NCBI GenBank assembly: GCA_031260965.1
Contig: JAISKK010000012.1
Coordinates: forward strand, 1 to 61,203
Length of the DNA stretch: 61,203 bases
Source of the DNA: Desulfovibrio sp.
Lineage (GTDB): Bacteria > Desulfobacterota > Desulfovibrionia > Desulfovibrionales > Desulfovibrionaceae
Direction: 5' to 3'
Shown: positions 1-10,416 of the stretch, piece after piece
How the letters are laid out: each line of letters begins with the position of its first letter
How positions within the stretch are numbered: the first letter of the stretch is position 1
Position numbers and translations under genes: made by a program
The notes under the pieces: generated by a model
Database searches by the model: none
What the model was told of the DNA's origin: nothing
The model's input: only the letters and a program-made list of their open reading frames with translations

Positions 1-1074
1 TGTGTTGCCGGCGTTGTCGCCATCACCTGAAGCCCACCAGCCGAAAATACCGGGAATCAAGCTGATATTATTGCCGAGGTTGAGCTTGTAATCCAAACTG
101 GCAGACAGGAACCAGCCACGGGTGCCATAGCCGGCCTCGTAAGCCGGATCAGGTACAAAACCGGCTATGCTGTTTTTGTTGGCGCTACCATATATGACGT
201 CAAAGTTGAAGACCAGAGGATCCAGAAGATTGAACCTCAGGTTCGTACCCAGCCACCAAGCAGCGGCGCGGTCGTTGGAAGTGACCCCGTTACCCATCAC
301 CCCAACTGCATTAGCATTTACGTCAGATCTGTTGCGGGCACTACCATATGCATAGTTATAGTATCCGGAAGATGCGCCTATATTGGCCCACATGAACCAG
401 GGTTTGATGTCCAAGCCGATGTTGCGGAAACTCATGGGCAGGATCAAAGCGAAGGCATCAACTTCGTCATAGCGCTGTCCTGAATCTATACCACCGGCGG
501 TTAAGCCGTCTTGCTGGTACGGGTCAAAAGGACGCGCCCAGACAAAGGTGATGCCCAGCCAGTCCGTAATCGGGCTGCTGACGGTGATACCGGCTACGTC
601 AGCGTTGAGAACAGGCTGACCTACCGGACCGGAGGGCAGTGCGATGGGCTGCATACCCATGCGTACCTGCACAGGAGTGTTCGGGATGATCCAGTCAAGA
701 TACAGGTGTTTGGTCACCACATTGGCGCCATCGGCGTTGATTTGACCACCACCACCGACATCACTGGTAGTGCCAGCACCTCTGCCCCAGTCCAGGGTGA
801 TTTCGAAGAGGGCGACACCTTGCAGATATTCATTGATGATGAAGTTGATCTGCGTGCGCAGGCGCTGGTTGGCATGGAAGCTGTCGCGGCTCCTGTCGCC
901 AGTGCGTTCGTTGGAGCTACGGTTGTAGCTGCTTGCGAAACCTTCGTTCACCAGCCAGCCGAAGCTGAACCACATGTTGCCCTTGACCTTGACATCGACG
1001 CCATCCGCTTTGGCGGCGGAGAAGCTGCCGAGCATCAGAGCCATGGCAAGCAATAATACTGTGATGCGTTTCAT
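1..1074 (-). CDS. Outer membrane homotrimeric porin, Desulfovibrio type (3' end runs off window)
   Basis: Manually translated, open for 358 codons: signal peptide MKRITVLLLAMALMLGSFSAAKA, then DGVDVKVKG, QRLRTQINF, YLDWIIPNT..VRMGMQPIALP, DVAGITVS, WARPFD, PGIFGWWASGD. RBS GGAGGT at 1081-1086. Not in the ORF track. Confidence 0.88.
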   Translation of the reverse strand, partial: MKRITVLLLAMALMLGSFSAAKADGVDVKVKGNMWFSFGWLVNEGFASSYNRSSNERTGDRSRDSFHANQRLRTQINFIINEYLQGVALFEITLDWGRGAGTTSDVGGGGQINADGANVVTKHLYLDWIIPNTPVQVRMGMQPIALPSGPVGQPVLNADVAGITVSSPITDWLGITFVWARPFDPYQQDGLTAGGIDSGQRYDEVDAFALILPMSFRNIGLDIKPWFMWANIGASSGYYNYAYGSARNRSDVNANAVGVMGNGVTSNDRAAAWWLGTNLRFNLLDPLVFNFDVIYGSANKNSIAGFVPDPAYEAGYGTRGWFLSASLDYKLNLGNNISLIPGIFGWWASGDGDNAGNT

Positions 1075-1197
1075 AATCTTACCTCCAATTTTGCAAGTAT
1101 GAAACATTGATGGCTTCTTCTAAATCCTTCTCCGAGGCTATAAGTATTTTCAACACTTTCGCTATATACAATTTTTCGTATAATACCCTCTAAACCT

Positions 1198-1226
1198 TTG
1201 ACATAAGCGTACGCCGTAAGTATGTT
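1198..1226 (+). promoter_or_regulatory. Sigma70-type promoter for the integrase
   Basis: TTGACA (1198-1203), 17-nt spacer, TATGTT (1221-1226); about 70 nt upstream of the integrase ATG. Confidence 0.6.
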
Positions 1227-1271
1227 GCTCTTTGTAGCGCAGCATGACGGTACGTCGTTTCCATCTCAAGT

Positions 1272-1293
1272 AGCGGGGCAAGAGCGGGGCAAA
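1272..1293 (+). repeat. 22-bp direct repeat, copy 1 (two AGCGGGGCA units; putative integrase arm-type site)
   Basis: AGCGGGGCAAGAGCGGGGCAAA ends 4 nt before the integrase ATG; matches 2545-2566 at 21/22. Confidence 0.8.
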
Positions 1294-1297
1294 ATTA

Positions 1298-2494
1298 ATG
1301 GCAAATGATAAGATAAAGACCAGCTTTCTTGGTGTCAGGTATCGGGAACATCCAACAAGAAAACACGGCATTCGAGCTGACCGTTGCTTTTTCATCCGCT
1401 ACAAGGTGGACGGCAAAGACAAGGAAGAGGTGGTCGGATGGAGTTCCGGCGGCATCACTGCCGAGGGGGCCTTCAAGTTGCTCTCCACGATACGGGCAAA
1501 TCTTCGGACGGGCGCCGGGCCGCGATCCATCTCTGAAATGCGGCAGGAACGTGAGCACCTTGAAGAACAGGCAAAGGAGGAACTGCGCCGGAAGGAAAAA
1601 GTAAGTTTAACCTTCGGCGAGTTTTGGGAGACAGAATATTATCCGGTTGCCAAAGCAACAAAAACATGGCGGTCTGTGGATACGGAAAGGGGGATGTACA
1701 GCAGATGGATTGGCCCGGCTATCGGCGACATCCCATTGCAGAAGCTTGATGCGGCAAAAATAGAAGATCTGTCTCTCCATGCTCAAAAATCCGGAAAGAG
1801 CGCGGCTACTGTGCGCTATATTTTAGCAGTTGTTTCTCAAGTCTGGAGCAAGGCGGTTGCGCGGGGAATTGTCACGGGAGAATGCCCTGTCCGCCTTGTG
1901 AAAAAACCCCGGCAGGATAACAGGCGCATGCGTTTTCTCTCGCGCGATGAGGCCCGCGCATTGCTTGAGGCATTGGCGGAACGCTCGCAAGACATGCATG
2001 ATGAAGCCCTGTTGTCTTTGTTCTGCGGCCTGCGCGCCGGTGAAATTCACGCCCTGACCTGGGGGGATGTGGATATGGTGAATGAAATTATCGCCATCCG
2101 GGACCCAAAGAATAAGAACAACCGCCATGCCTTTATGGTGCAGGAAGTGAGGACCATGTTCATGCGGCGGCACAAGGGACAGGAGAAAGGAGAACTGGTG
2201 TTCCCTGCCTGCAACGGCAAGCAGCGCTATTGGGTGTCCGATACCTTTGCGAAAACGGTGGAACGCTTGGGGCTGAATAATAACATAGTGGACGCCCGGC
2301 AAAGAATTGTGTTTCATTCTTTGCGGCACACCTTCGCAAGCTGGCTGGTCCAGGGCGGAACCCCGCTTTATACAGTGGCCGAGCTTATGGGGCATACCTC
2401 GCTGGACATGACGCGGCGCTATAGTCACCTTGCGCCGGATTCACTGCGCAAAGCAGTCATGAGCCTGCAAGGGAAGCTGGAAGCGCAGGCATGA
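1298..2494 (+). CDS. Tyrosine-type site-specific integrase (N-terminal arm-binding-like, SAM-like and catalytic domains)
   Basis: Catalytic motifs GLRAGEI (R), DPKNK (K), FHSLRHTFAS (HxxR), LMGH (H) and TRRYSH (Y) are all intact. Confidence 0.93.
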   Translation: MANDKIKTSFLGVRYREHPTRKHGIRADRCFFIRYKVDGKDKEEVVGWSSGGITAEGAFKLLSTIRANLRTGAGPRSISEMRQEREHLEEQAKEELRRKEKVSLTFGEFWETEYYPVAKATKTWRSVDTERGMYSRWIGPAIGDIPLQKLDAAKIEDLSLHAQKSGKSAATVRYILAVVSQVWSKAVARGIVTGECPVRLVKKPRQDNRRMRFLSRDEARALLEALAERSQDMHDEALLSLFCGLRAGEIHALTWGDVDMVNEIIAIRDPKNKNNRHAFMVQEVRTMFMRRHKGQEKGELVFPACNGKQRYWVSDTFAKTVERLGLNNNIVDARQRIVFHSLRHTFASWLVQGGTPLYTVAELMGHTSLDMTRRYSHLAPDSLRKAVMSLQGKLEAQA

Positions 2495-2544
2495 CCCGAT
2501 CTTTTCAACGTTGATCTGCTCAAGTCATCTTCAGTATCTGCGAC

Positions 2545-2566
2545 AGCGGGGCAGGAGCGGGGCAAA
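2545..2566 (+). repeat. 22-bp direct repeat, copy 2
   Basis: AGCGGGGCAGGAGCGGGGCAAA, 50 nt after the integrase stop. Confidence 0.8.
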
Positions 2567-2661
2567 CCGCCCATATGCCAAACGATGCTCACGATTTTAT
2601 CATAAGTCGGGGGTGTGCGTCTGGTGTTAAGGCTTGAATAGGCAAGGTCTTTGTCAGGTTT

Positions 2662-2743
2662 TGGAAAATGAAGCGGCGACAGGCGCTACGCGCTTGCCGC
2701 CGCTTCACTGCGAGGACTTGCGGGGGAAACCCGCAAGCTTTTT
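2662..2743. terminator. Two hairpins between convergent integrase and groEL
   Basis: GAAGCGGCG...CGCCGCTTC (2670-2706) is followed by ATTTT on the minus strand; CTTGCGGG-GGAAA-CCCGCAAG (2717-2737) is followed by CTTTTT on the plus strand. Confidence 0.6.
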
Positions 2744-2748
2744 GTGAA

Positions 2749-4398
<1,650 letters not shown>

Positions 4399-4447
4399 TG
4401 TTATTACTCCTGAAAGTTATTGGGCTCTTAAATGTTAGCGCAGACAA

Positions 4448-4735
4448 TCAGCCGATAATGGCGAGGATGTCGTCCTCACGCATAACCAGATGATCTACTC
4501 CGTCCAGTTTTATCTCGGTGCCGGCGTATTTGTTGAACAGCACCAGATTGCCAGACTTAACTGTCATGGCAATGGCTTTTCCGTTCTCAGCGATTTTGCC
4601 GGGTCCAACAGCGATAACTTCGCCCTTGGAGGGTTTCTCCTTGGCGGTATCCGGAATGAAGAGGCCTCCAGCGGTTTTTTCTTCGCTTTCGAGGCGCTTG
4701 ACCAGGACACGGTCGTTAAGGGGAGTGAGCTTCAT
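4448..4735 (-). CDS. groS: Co-chaperonin GroES
   Basis: [25 protein letters not shown]; lies upstream of groL. Confidence 0.99.
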   Translation of the reverse strand: MKLTPLNDRVLVKRLESEEKTAGGLFIPDTAKEKPSKGEVIAVGPGKIAENGKAIAMTVKSGNLVLFNKYAGTEIKLDGVDHLVMREDDILAIIG

Positions 4736-4820
4736 AATGCAAAAACCTCCACAGAAATTGAGTTTTGATTAAATCTATCAGGATAAATTGCGCCGAGGGG
4801 ACGCTCTCAAGACATGCTTA

Positions 4821-4849
4821 AGATAAGGTCGGATTCGCGATTGGAAAGG
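4821..4849 (-). promoter_or_regulatory. Possible sigma32-type promoter of groESL
   Basis: Minus strand CCTTTCCA-N13-CCTTATCT loosely resembles CTTGAAA/CCCCATNT; the -35 match is weak. Confidence 0.3.
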
Positions 4850-5023
4850 GGCATTTGGCATTTTTTTATAAATTTTTTTCGAGATCTGTAAAATCAATGC
4901 CTTAGCATTAAAAAAAGAGTCCTGACCTGCAACCTGACGACGGTTCCTGCGCTGACGGAGCGAATCCGGGTGCTCGCTCTGAACAATTTTGAAGCCAGCG
5001 CGACATCCTGCTCTTTCAGGGGC

Positions 5024-5563
5024 TCAGTTTGGAACTATGCGGCGCAGGGAATCCGTTCCGGAATCCTGCCCGGAGCCCGGTCCCTCGTTTGCGGACGGTT
5101 TGCCGTCTTTGTCCTTTTTCTGTGCCCGGGCCGGGTCCGGAATATAGGGCATGGTGCGTTTATCCAGGGATTCCGGCATTCTCGGCCCGGCAAGGTTTGG
5201 CGGTCTGTAGGCCCCGTCCCCGTAGCCCGGAGTCGTCTGTTCCAGAGCCGGAGGGGGCGCTGCGTATTCGGGCTGGGGACCGTGGCGGAATTGATAGTCA
5301 CGGGCCTTGAAATCGTTGTCCCGCATCCAGGGATCACTCGGGCTGTTGCCCACATAGCCCCGCTGGAAGTCCCGGGGATTGTTGCTGTAAGAACCGGGCG
5401 GGGAGGAGGGGAGGGGAGGGGCCGCTCCGAGTGTGCTTACTCCCTGCACAGTGCCGGCGGCGAGATAAAGGGCCTGGTCCGGGGACGGCGCGGCATTTTC
5501 TTCGGCCCGCGCGGACAGGGGCGGGAGCAGAGCAAGACAGATAAGGCAGATATATATGCGCAT
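5024..5563 (-). CDS. Hypothetical secreted Pro-rich, low-complexity protein
   Basis: Signal peptide ending ARA-E, RBS GGAG upstream; no recognisable domain. Confidence 0.6.
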   Translation of the reverse strand: MRIYICLICLALLPPLSARAEENAAPSPDQALYLAAGTVQGVSTLGAAPPLPSSPPGSYSNNPRDFQRGYVGNSPSDPWMRDNDFKARDYQFRHGPQPEYAAPPPALEQTTPGYGDGAYRPPNLAGPRMPESLDKRTMPYIPDPARAQKKDKDGKPSANEGPGSGQDSGTDSLRRIVPN

Positions 5564-5712
5564 GGCAACACTCCGGAAAAAGACTGGCGGCCGGGCGCAG
5601 GCCCGTATATTTGCCGCTTATCAAGGTCTATGTATTTTCCGGGAAATTGTCTATAGAGATTTTGTGACTGTTTCGTTCCTGAACAAATTTTAAAAGCGCG
5701 GGAGAAGAGATT

Positions 5713-6489
5713 ATGCCCACGAACCGGGATATAAGGATGAAAATCCGGGAAGGGAAAGCCTCAGTCGGGACCTGGCTGCAACTGCCCTGCCCGGAAATAG
5801 CGGAAATAATCGCCCGCATGGGCTATGAATGGGCGGCTGTGGACCTTGAACACGGCGCTTTTACCCGCGCCTGCCTGCCGGACATGTTCCGCGCTCTGGA
5901 ACTTTGGGGAACCCTGCCCTTCGCGCGTCTGGCCGAGGCCAGTCTCACCCAGAGCAAGTATGCCCTGGAATCCGGAGCCGCCGGGCTTATTTTTCCCATG
6001 ATTGAAAGTCGGGAGCAACTGGATCGGGCTATTGAGTGCAGTATTTATCCGGGAGGGGAGTTCTTTGGGACGGGACGGCGCGGGGTCGGCTTTTGCCGGG
6101 CCAACTCTTACGGGCAGGACTTTGACAGCCACTTGAGCAACAAAGGTCCCGGACAGGAAATCGTTCTGGTGGCCCAGATTGAACACATAAACGCCGTGCA
6201 GCGTCTGGACGAGATTTTCGCCCACCCCCGTCTGGACGCCTGTATGGTCGGACCCTATGACCTCTCCGCTTCCATGGGTCTTACGGGGCGTTTTGACGAG
6301 CCGGCCTTTCTGGATGTTGTGGCGCGCATTGAGCGCAAGGCGGAGGAGTACCGGATCGGCAAGGGCTACCATGTGGTCTGGCCGGACGAGGCGGCTTTGC
6401 GTGACAAGATCCGGAGCGGCTATACCTTCCTGGCTTACGGCATGGATAGCGTCTTTCTGCGCAAGGGGGGGAAGGTTCCGGAATTGTAG
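5713..6489 (+). CDS. HpcH/HpaI aldolase family protein
   Basis: VGTWLQ, VDLEHG, GLIFPMIES, VAQIEH, MVGPYDLSASMG. Confidence 0.9.
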   Translation: MPTNRDIRMKIREGKASVGTWLQLPCPEIAEIIARMGYEWAAVDLEHGAFTRACLPDMFRALELWGTLPFARLAEASLTQSKYALESGAAGLIFPMIESREQLDRAIECSIYPGGEFFGTGRRGVGFCRANSYGQDFDSHLSNKGPGQEIVLVAQIEHINAVQRLDEIFAHPRLDACMVGPYDLSASMGLTGRFDEPAFLDVVARIERKAEEYRIGKGYHVVWPDEAALRDKIRSGYTFLAYGMDSVFLRKGGKVPEL

Positions 6490-6506
6490 GTATTTTCTCC
6501 GGTTGT

Positions 6507-7244
6507 TTACTGCGCTACGACAAAATTGCCGGGGTAGCCGGCCCGCATTTCATCCGCCGCCTGTTCGGCCTTCTTCAGACTGGGATAGGGACCGGCCTGG
6601 ACGCGGAAAAAGCCGACGTCTTCAGCGAAATAGCTGCGCGCCCCTCCGGTTTCCGCTTTAAGCTTCGTCACCAGACGGTCGGCGTTGCCTTTGCCGGAAA
6701 AAGCCCCCACCTGGACATAGAAGTGCCCGGTCAGGTCGCCGTCCTTGAGTCCCGGCACTGAGCCTTGGGTGAGCAGGATAACCGGGGCCGTGCCCTTGGC
6801 GATCATGCCGATGCGTTCCGCCGCCGTCCGTGTCAGGTCGATGACCCGATCCGACACAAAGGGGCCGCGATCATTGATGCGCACGACCACGGATTTGCCG
6901 TTTTCCCGATTCGTGACCAGCACTTTGGTTCCGAAAGGCAGAAGCTTGTGGGCGGCCGTCATCCCGAACATGTCGTAGCGTTCGCCGTTGGCGGTCGTTT
7001 TGCCGTGAAAATCCGGCCCGTACCAGGAGGCGACGCCTTCTTCCCGGAAATCGTGGGAGGAGAGCAGGGGATAATATGTCTTCCCCCTGACGGTATAAGG
7101 TTTTGTGCCCTTTGTCCCTTTGGGCACGCTTACCCCGGCCGGCGCAGTGCCTTCGCCTGAACCGGAACCGCGCAGTCCGCAAGCGCTGAGGGCAAGGCAA
7201 AGTGCAAGGACCGGAAGAAGGGAGAGGGATTTTGCGCGCATCAT
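6507..7244 (-). CDS. rlpA: Septal ring lytic transglycosylase RlpA lipoprotein with SPOR domain
   Basis: Lipobox LSAC, ASWYGPDFHGKTTANGE, TAAHKLLPFGT, INDRGPF, C-terminal YVQVGAFS. Confidence 0.95.
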   Translation of the reverse strand: MMRAKSLSLLPVLALCLALSACGLRGSGSGEGTAPAGVSVPKGTKGTKPYTVRGKTYYPLLSSHDFREEGVASWYGPDFHGKTTANGERYDMFGMTAAHKLLPFGTKVLVTNRENGKSVVVRINDRGPFVSDRVIDLTRTAAERIGMIAKGTAPVILLTQGSVPGLKDGDLTGHFYVQVGAFSGKGNADRLVTKLKAETGGARSYFAEDVGFFRVQAGPYPSLKKAEQAADEMRAGYPGNFVVAQ

Positions 7245-7960
7245 CTGTCCTTTTTAATGTCCGCGTAGAGGACCGCAAGGCAGGCGTCGGCCAGGGCCGT
7301 CAGGCTGGACACATTTTTTTCCGCGGGCAATCCCGAGGCCGCGTAGGCCAGGGGAAGCTCGGTGCAGGCTGTGGCCACAGCCAGATTTTTTTCTTTCCAC
7401 AGCCCTTCGGCAATGGACCGCATAAGCGTGCCGGATTCCTTCACCGCCCCGGCCTTGACCAGTTCAACGCAGCGTTGCGTTTTTTCCTGCGTCCGCTCTG
7501 AAACCATGTGGAAGACGTAGCCCATGTCGTGGGCGTATCTGCCGTACAAGCCACTGGCGATGGTCCCGGTGGTGGCCAGAAGCCAGGCCCCTTCAGGGCT
7601 TGTAAGGTGGGCGGCGGTTACGGTTTCCCGCACTATATGCACAAAGGGGCGGGGCAGATCGGCCGCGAAACGGTCAATAAATACATGGGCCGTGTTGCAG
7701 GGACAGGTGAGGAGATCCGCGCCCCAGGCCGCGAGTTTATCCAGGCCGGAGCGGATTCTCGCCTCCGGATCCGGCCCGTGGCCGGCAATGGCCGCGCTGC
7801 GGTCCGGGATACCGGGGTCCGAAAACATAATGACCCTGGGGTGTTCCTGATCCAGCTTCGCCTGAGCGCGCAGGGCCAGCAGACGCAAAAATTCGGCGGA
7901 GGCGGCGGGACCCATGCCTCCCAGAACTCCGAGGATTTTTTGCGGCGCGCTGGCTGTCAT
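7241..7960 (-). CDS. Aspartate/glutamate racemase family protein
   Basis: LGVLGGMGPAAS, PCNTAH and ACTELP (two catalytic Cys); start set at ATG 7960. Confidence 0.9.
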   Translation of the reverse strand: MTASAPQKILGVLGGMGPAASAEFLRLLALRAQAKLDQEHPRVIMFSDPGIPDRSAAIAGHGPDPEARIRSGLDKLAAWGADLLTCPCNTAHVFIDRFAADLPRPFVHIVRETVTAAHLTSPEGAWLLATTGTIASGLYGRYAHDMGYVFHMVSERTQEKTQRCVELVKAGAVKESGTLMRSIAEGLWKEKNLAVATACTELPLAYAASGLPAEKNVSSLTALADACLAVLYADIKKDR

Positions 7961-7976
7961 ATGCTGCCTTTGGCTA

Positions 7977-9380
7977 TTATGAACGATGCAGCCGGTCGGG
8001 GGAACGGTCCAGCGTGGCCAGGGCGCGGGCTGCGCCCTCGTGCTCCGGGTTAAGGCGCAGGGCCGTTTCAAAACAGGTCCGGGCACGCTTTTCCCGGCCG
8101 CTTTTCAAAAACACATAACCCAGGTTAAAGGCCACAGTATCCGAGACTTGCGGGAAATTTTCGTTCAAACTCAGCGACTTTTCCATACAGGTCCGGGCTT
8201 CGCCCATCTTTTCTCCCTGGGCGTAGGCCATTCCAAGGTTGTAGTGCAGCCCTTCGTCCTCCGGGGCGATTTTCAGGGCGCGCGTATATTCCGCTATGGC
8301 TTCTTCCCATTTGCCCTGGCGGCGCAGATTGATGCCGAGCATGTTGAAGACCCGCAGGTCTTCGTGGGTCAGATGCTCTTTTTTTATGTTCAGGGCCTTG
8401 CGCAGGAAAATTTCGCTGCGTAGCGGGTCTTTTTCGGCATAAAGCCCGGCTATGCGCTCGGCCATGGAAGAGATGAGGGCGGCGGCCTCTTTTTCCGCCT
8501 GGGCCAGCGCGCTTTCAAAGAGGCCGGCGGCTTTTTCGTCCTGCCCCAGCGTAAGGTTTATCTCACCCATGTTGATTTTGCGGTCCATGTTCAGGGGGGA
8601 GAGTTTGTCCATGCGCTCAAGGTAGTTCAGGCATTGCTCCATTTCGCCCATTTCTTCGGCAAGGGACGCCAGTCTGTTGAGAGGCTCAAGGTATAGGCCG
8701 GAGCTGTCCGCAGCCTGCTTGTAAGCCTGTCTGGCGGCATCCATATTGCCCATGGCCCGTTCGGCGTCCCCCAGAATCATCAGACCGGCCGCGCTGCCCG
8801 GTTTCATCTGCAAAATCTGCTCGGCCGCGTCTTTGGCTTTTTCCGGCTGGTCCTGCTGTAAAAGGCTCTTGGCCAGATCAATGGACTCGCCCAGTTGGTT
8901 CTGGGGTTTTATGGTAAAGGCCAGCTTTTCCATTATGGTCTGTGTGGACACGGGTTTGGCGATAAAATTGTCCGCCCCGGATTCATACAGGTAAATAACG
9001 CGGTTCTGCTCAATCTCCACAGTGAGAATCAGGATGAAAATCCGGGGAAAGGCTTCCTTGATCTCCTTGACCGTCAGGGACATGTCCCGGCTTTTGAAGA
9101 TGCGCTCCAGAATCAGAAAAGGACGCCGTCCTCTGTCCGCCGCCGTTTTGATGGTTTTGATCAGCTTGTCGGCCTCCGGGACATTGTCTATGACGTCCGT
9201 GAGCACAAGTCCGAGCTGTTTGCCGAGGAGGGAGCGAAAGGCCTTGAGGAAGGACTGGTCTTCGGTGAGCAGGACAAATAAACCCCGCTCATCGCGCGTA
9301 AAATCCGCTATGGTTTTTTCATAGTGGGAGGATTTAATCCGAACTTGCTCCTGGGCCGCAGTCAATTGAGCCGCAGACAT
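7977..9380 (-). CDS. Receiver-like domain plus tetratricopeptide repeat protein
   Basis: GADNFIAKP receiver motif followed by multiple TPRs (FNMLGINLRRQGKWEEAIAEY, YNLGMAY); RBS AAGGA before ATG 9380. Confidence 0.88.
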   Translation of the reverse strand: MSAAQLTAAQEQVRIKSSHYEKTIADFTRDERGLFVLLTEDQSFLKAFRSLLGKQLGLVLTDVIDNVPEADKLIKTIKTAADRGRRPFLILERIFKSRDMSLTVKEIKEAFPRIFILILTVEIEQNRVIYLYESGADNFIAKPVSTQTIMEKLAFTIKPQNQLGESIDLAKSLLQQDQPEKAKDAAEQILQMKPGSAAGLMILGDAERAMGNMDAARQAYKQAADSSGLYLEPLNRLASLAEEMGEMEQCLNYLERMDKLSPLNMDRKINMGEINLTLGQDEKAAGLFESALAQAEKEAAALISSMAERIAGLYAEKDPLRSEIFLRKALNIKKEHLTHEDLRVFNMLGINLRRQGKWEEAIAEYTRALKIAPEDEGLHYNLGMAYAQGEKMGEARTCMEKSLSLNENFPQVSDTVAFNLGYVFLKSGREKRARTCFETALRLNPEHEGAARALATLDRSPDRLHRS

Positions 9381-9429
9381 TGGCATCCTTCGCCCCGGAT
9401 AAGGCGCGTCCGCCTGCGCGCCCGGCCCG

Positions 9430-9523
9430 GGCCATGTGCTGGAGTTGGGGACGGTTATACATGCGGCGCGCCCGACCGGCCATTGGCTGGAGTTGGAGGA
9501 CGGTTATATTGGCGGCACGCCTG
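9430..9523. repeat. Imperfect tandem duplication of about 48 bp, each unit carrying a sigma70-like -10 element on the minus strand
   Basis: GGCCATGTGCTGGAGTTGGGGACGGTTATACATGCGGCGCGCCCG (9430-9474) versus GGCCATTGGCTGGAGTTGGAGGACGGTTATATTGGCGGCACGCCTG (9478-9523). Confidence 0.75.
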
Positions 9524-9550
9524 CACGGCAACAAGGCATCATATAAAAAT

Positions 9551-10381
9551 TCAGGACAGACTGTCCAGAATTTTTCCCTGATCCGTGAGCAGGGTATAGA
9601 GCAGACGTCCCACAGGATCTTCACGGGCGCCCAGAATGGCGCGCGCGGCGGCCTCGGAGAAGATGCCCGCGCGGTCCTGCAAAACCTCGGCGCTGGAAGT
9701 AAAGCTCGCCTCCAGAGCCTGCCAGCTCAGGTCCTGAATGCGCGCCGTACCCAGAGCCTGGTTAAGTCTGAACAGGGAATCGGCGAGGGTGGCGGAGTCT
9801 GTAACATCATCCCAGGTTGGAAGAGCTGAAGGAGTTGAGAGACCGGAAGAAGTGGATGTCCAGTCGGACCAGTCAGTCAGGATTATGTCCTTGTCCATGC
9901 CGCCCATGCGAATCTGTATCTTTCCGCTTTGGGTGCGCTCGTCCGCAGCCCATTTTGTCCCGTCCAGCAGACTCATGCCGTTATAGGAAGTCGTCTTTAT
10001 CAGGTTGGCTATATCGGCGGCCGCGCCCTTATAGGCGTTTTCTGCGGCCGTCTTCTGCTCCGGCGTCCAGGAGGAGGAATAGTTGGCCGCGATATCGCGC
10101 ATGGTGGTCAGGGCCTGCATGACGCCCTGACCAGTTGTATGCAGGCTGGCGGCGATACTTTGCCCTTCCAGGGCGTTTTGCGCGGACTGGTGCAAGGTTC
10201 CCGCGCTTGCCCGCAACTGGCCGGTTATGGCCTCGGCGGCTATTTCCCGCCCGCTTTTCTGGCGCGGGGCGAGCAGGCGGTCCACCAGACTTTCCGTTTG
10301 ACCGTCCGTCACCAGGCGCGTGATCAGCTCTTTCTGGACAGCCAGCAAGGTTGACAAATTGTCGCTGGAATAAAAAGCCAT
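9551..10381 (-). CDS. Divergent flagellin N-terminal-domain protein
   Basis: LHQSAQNALEGQSI..MRDIA..DIANLIKTTSYNGMSLLDG..IQIRMG matches the flagellin N helical region; canonical termini absent. Confidence 0.72.
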   Translation of the reverse strand: MAFYSSDNLSTLLAVQKELITRLVTDGQTESLVDRLLAPRQKSGREIAAEAITGQLRASAGTLHQSAQNALEGQSIAASLHTTGQGVMQALTTMRDIAANYSSSWTPEQKTAAENAYKGAAADIANLIKTTSYNGMSLLDGTKWAADERTQSGKIQIRMGGMDKDIILTDWSDWTSTSSGLSTPSALPTWDDVTDSATLADSLFRLNQALGTARIQDLSWQALEASFTSSAEVLQDRAGIFSEAAARAILGAREDPVGRLLYTLLTDQGKILDSLS

Positions 10382-10416
10382 GCGTTCTCCGGAAGCAAAA
10401 TAAGGTTCTGGAACGC

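Noticed and set aside
167-1056. Plus-strand ORFs 167-355 and 511-1056
   Set aside because: Antisense to the porin, which is the real gene.
2566-2575. ACCGCCCATA matching the groEL GGM-tail sequence, as a possible att core
   Set aside because: Only 10 bp, and on the same side of the integrase as groEL, so it does not bracket the integrase.
2605-2645. GGGGGTGTGCGT..CTTGAA resembling 6S RNA
   Set aside because: No long closing stem or typical gene context visible.
4902-4925. TTAGCATTA-N6-GAGTCCTGA as a CIRCE element upstream of groES
   Set aside because: Spacer is 6 rather than 9, with several mismatches.
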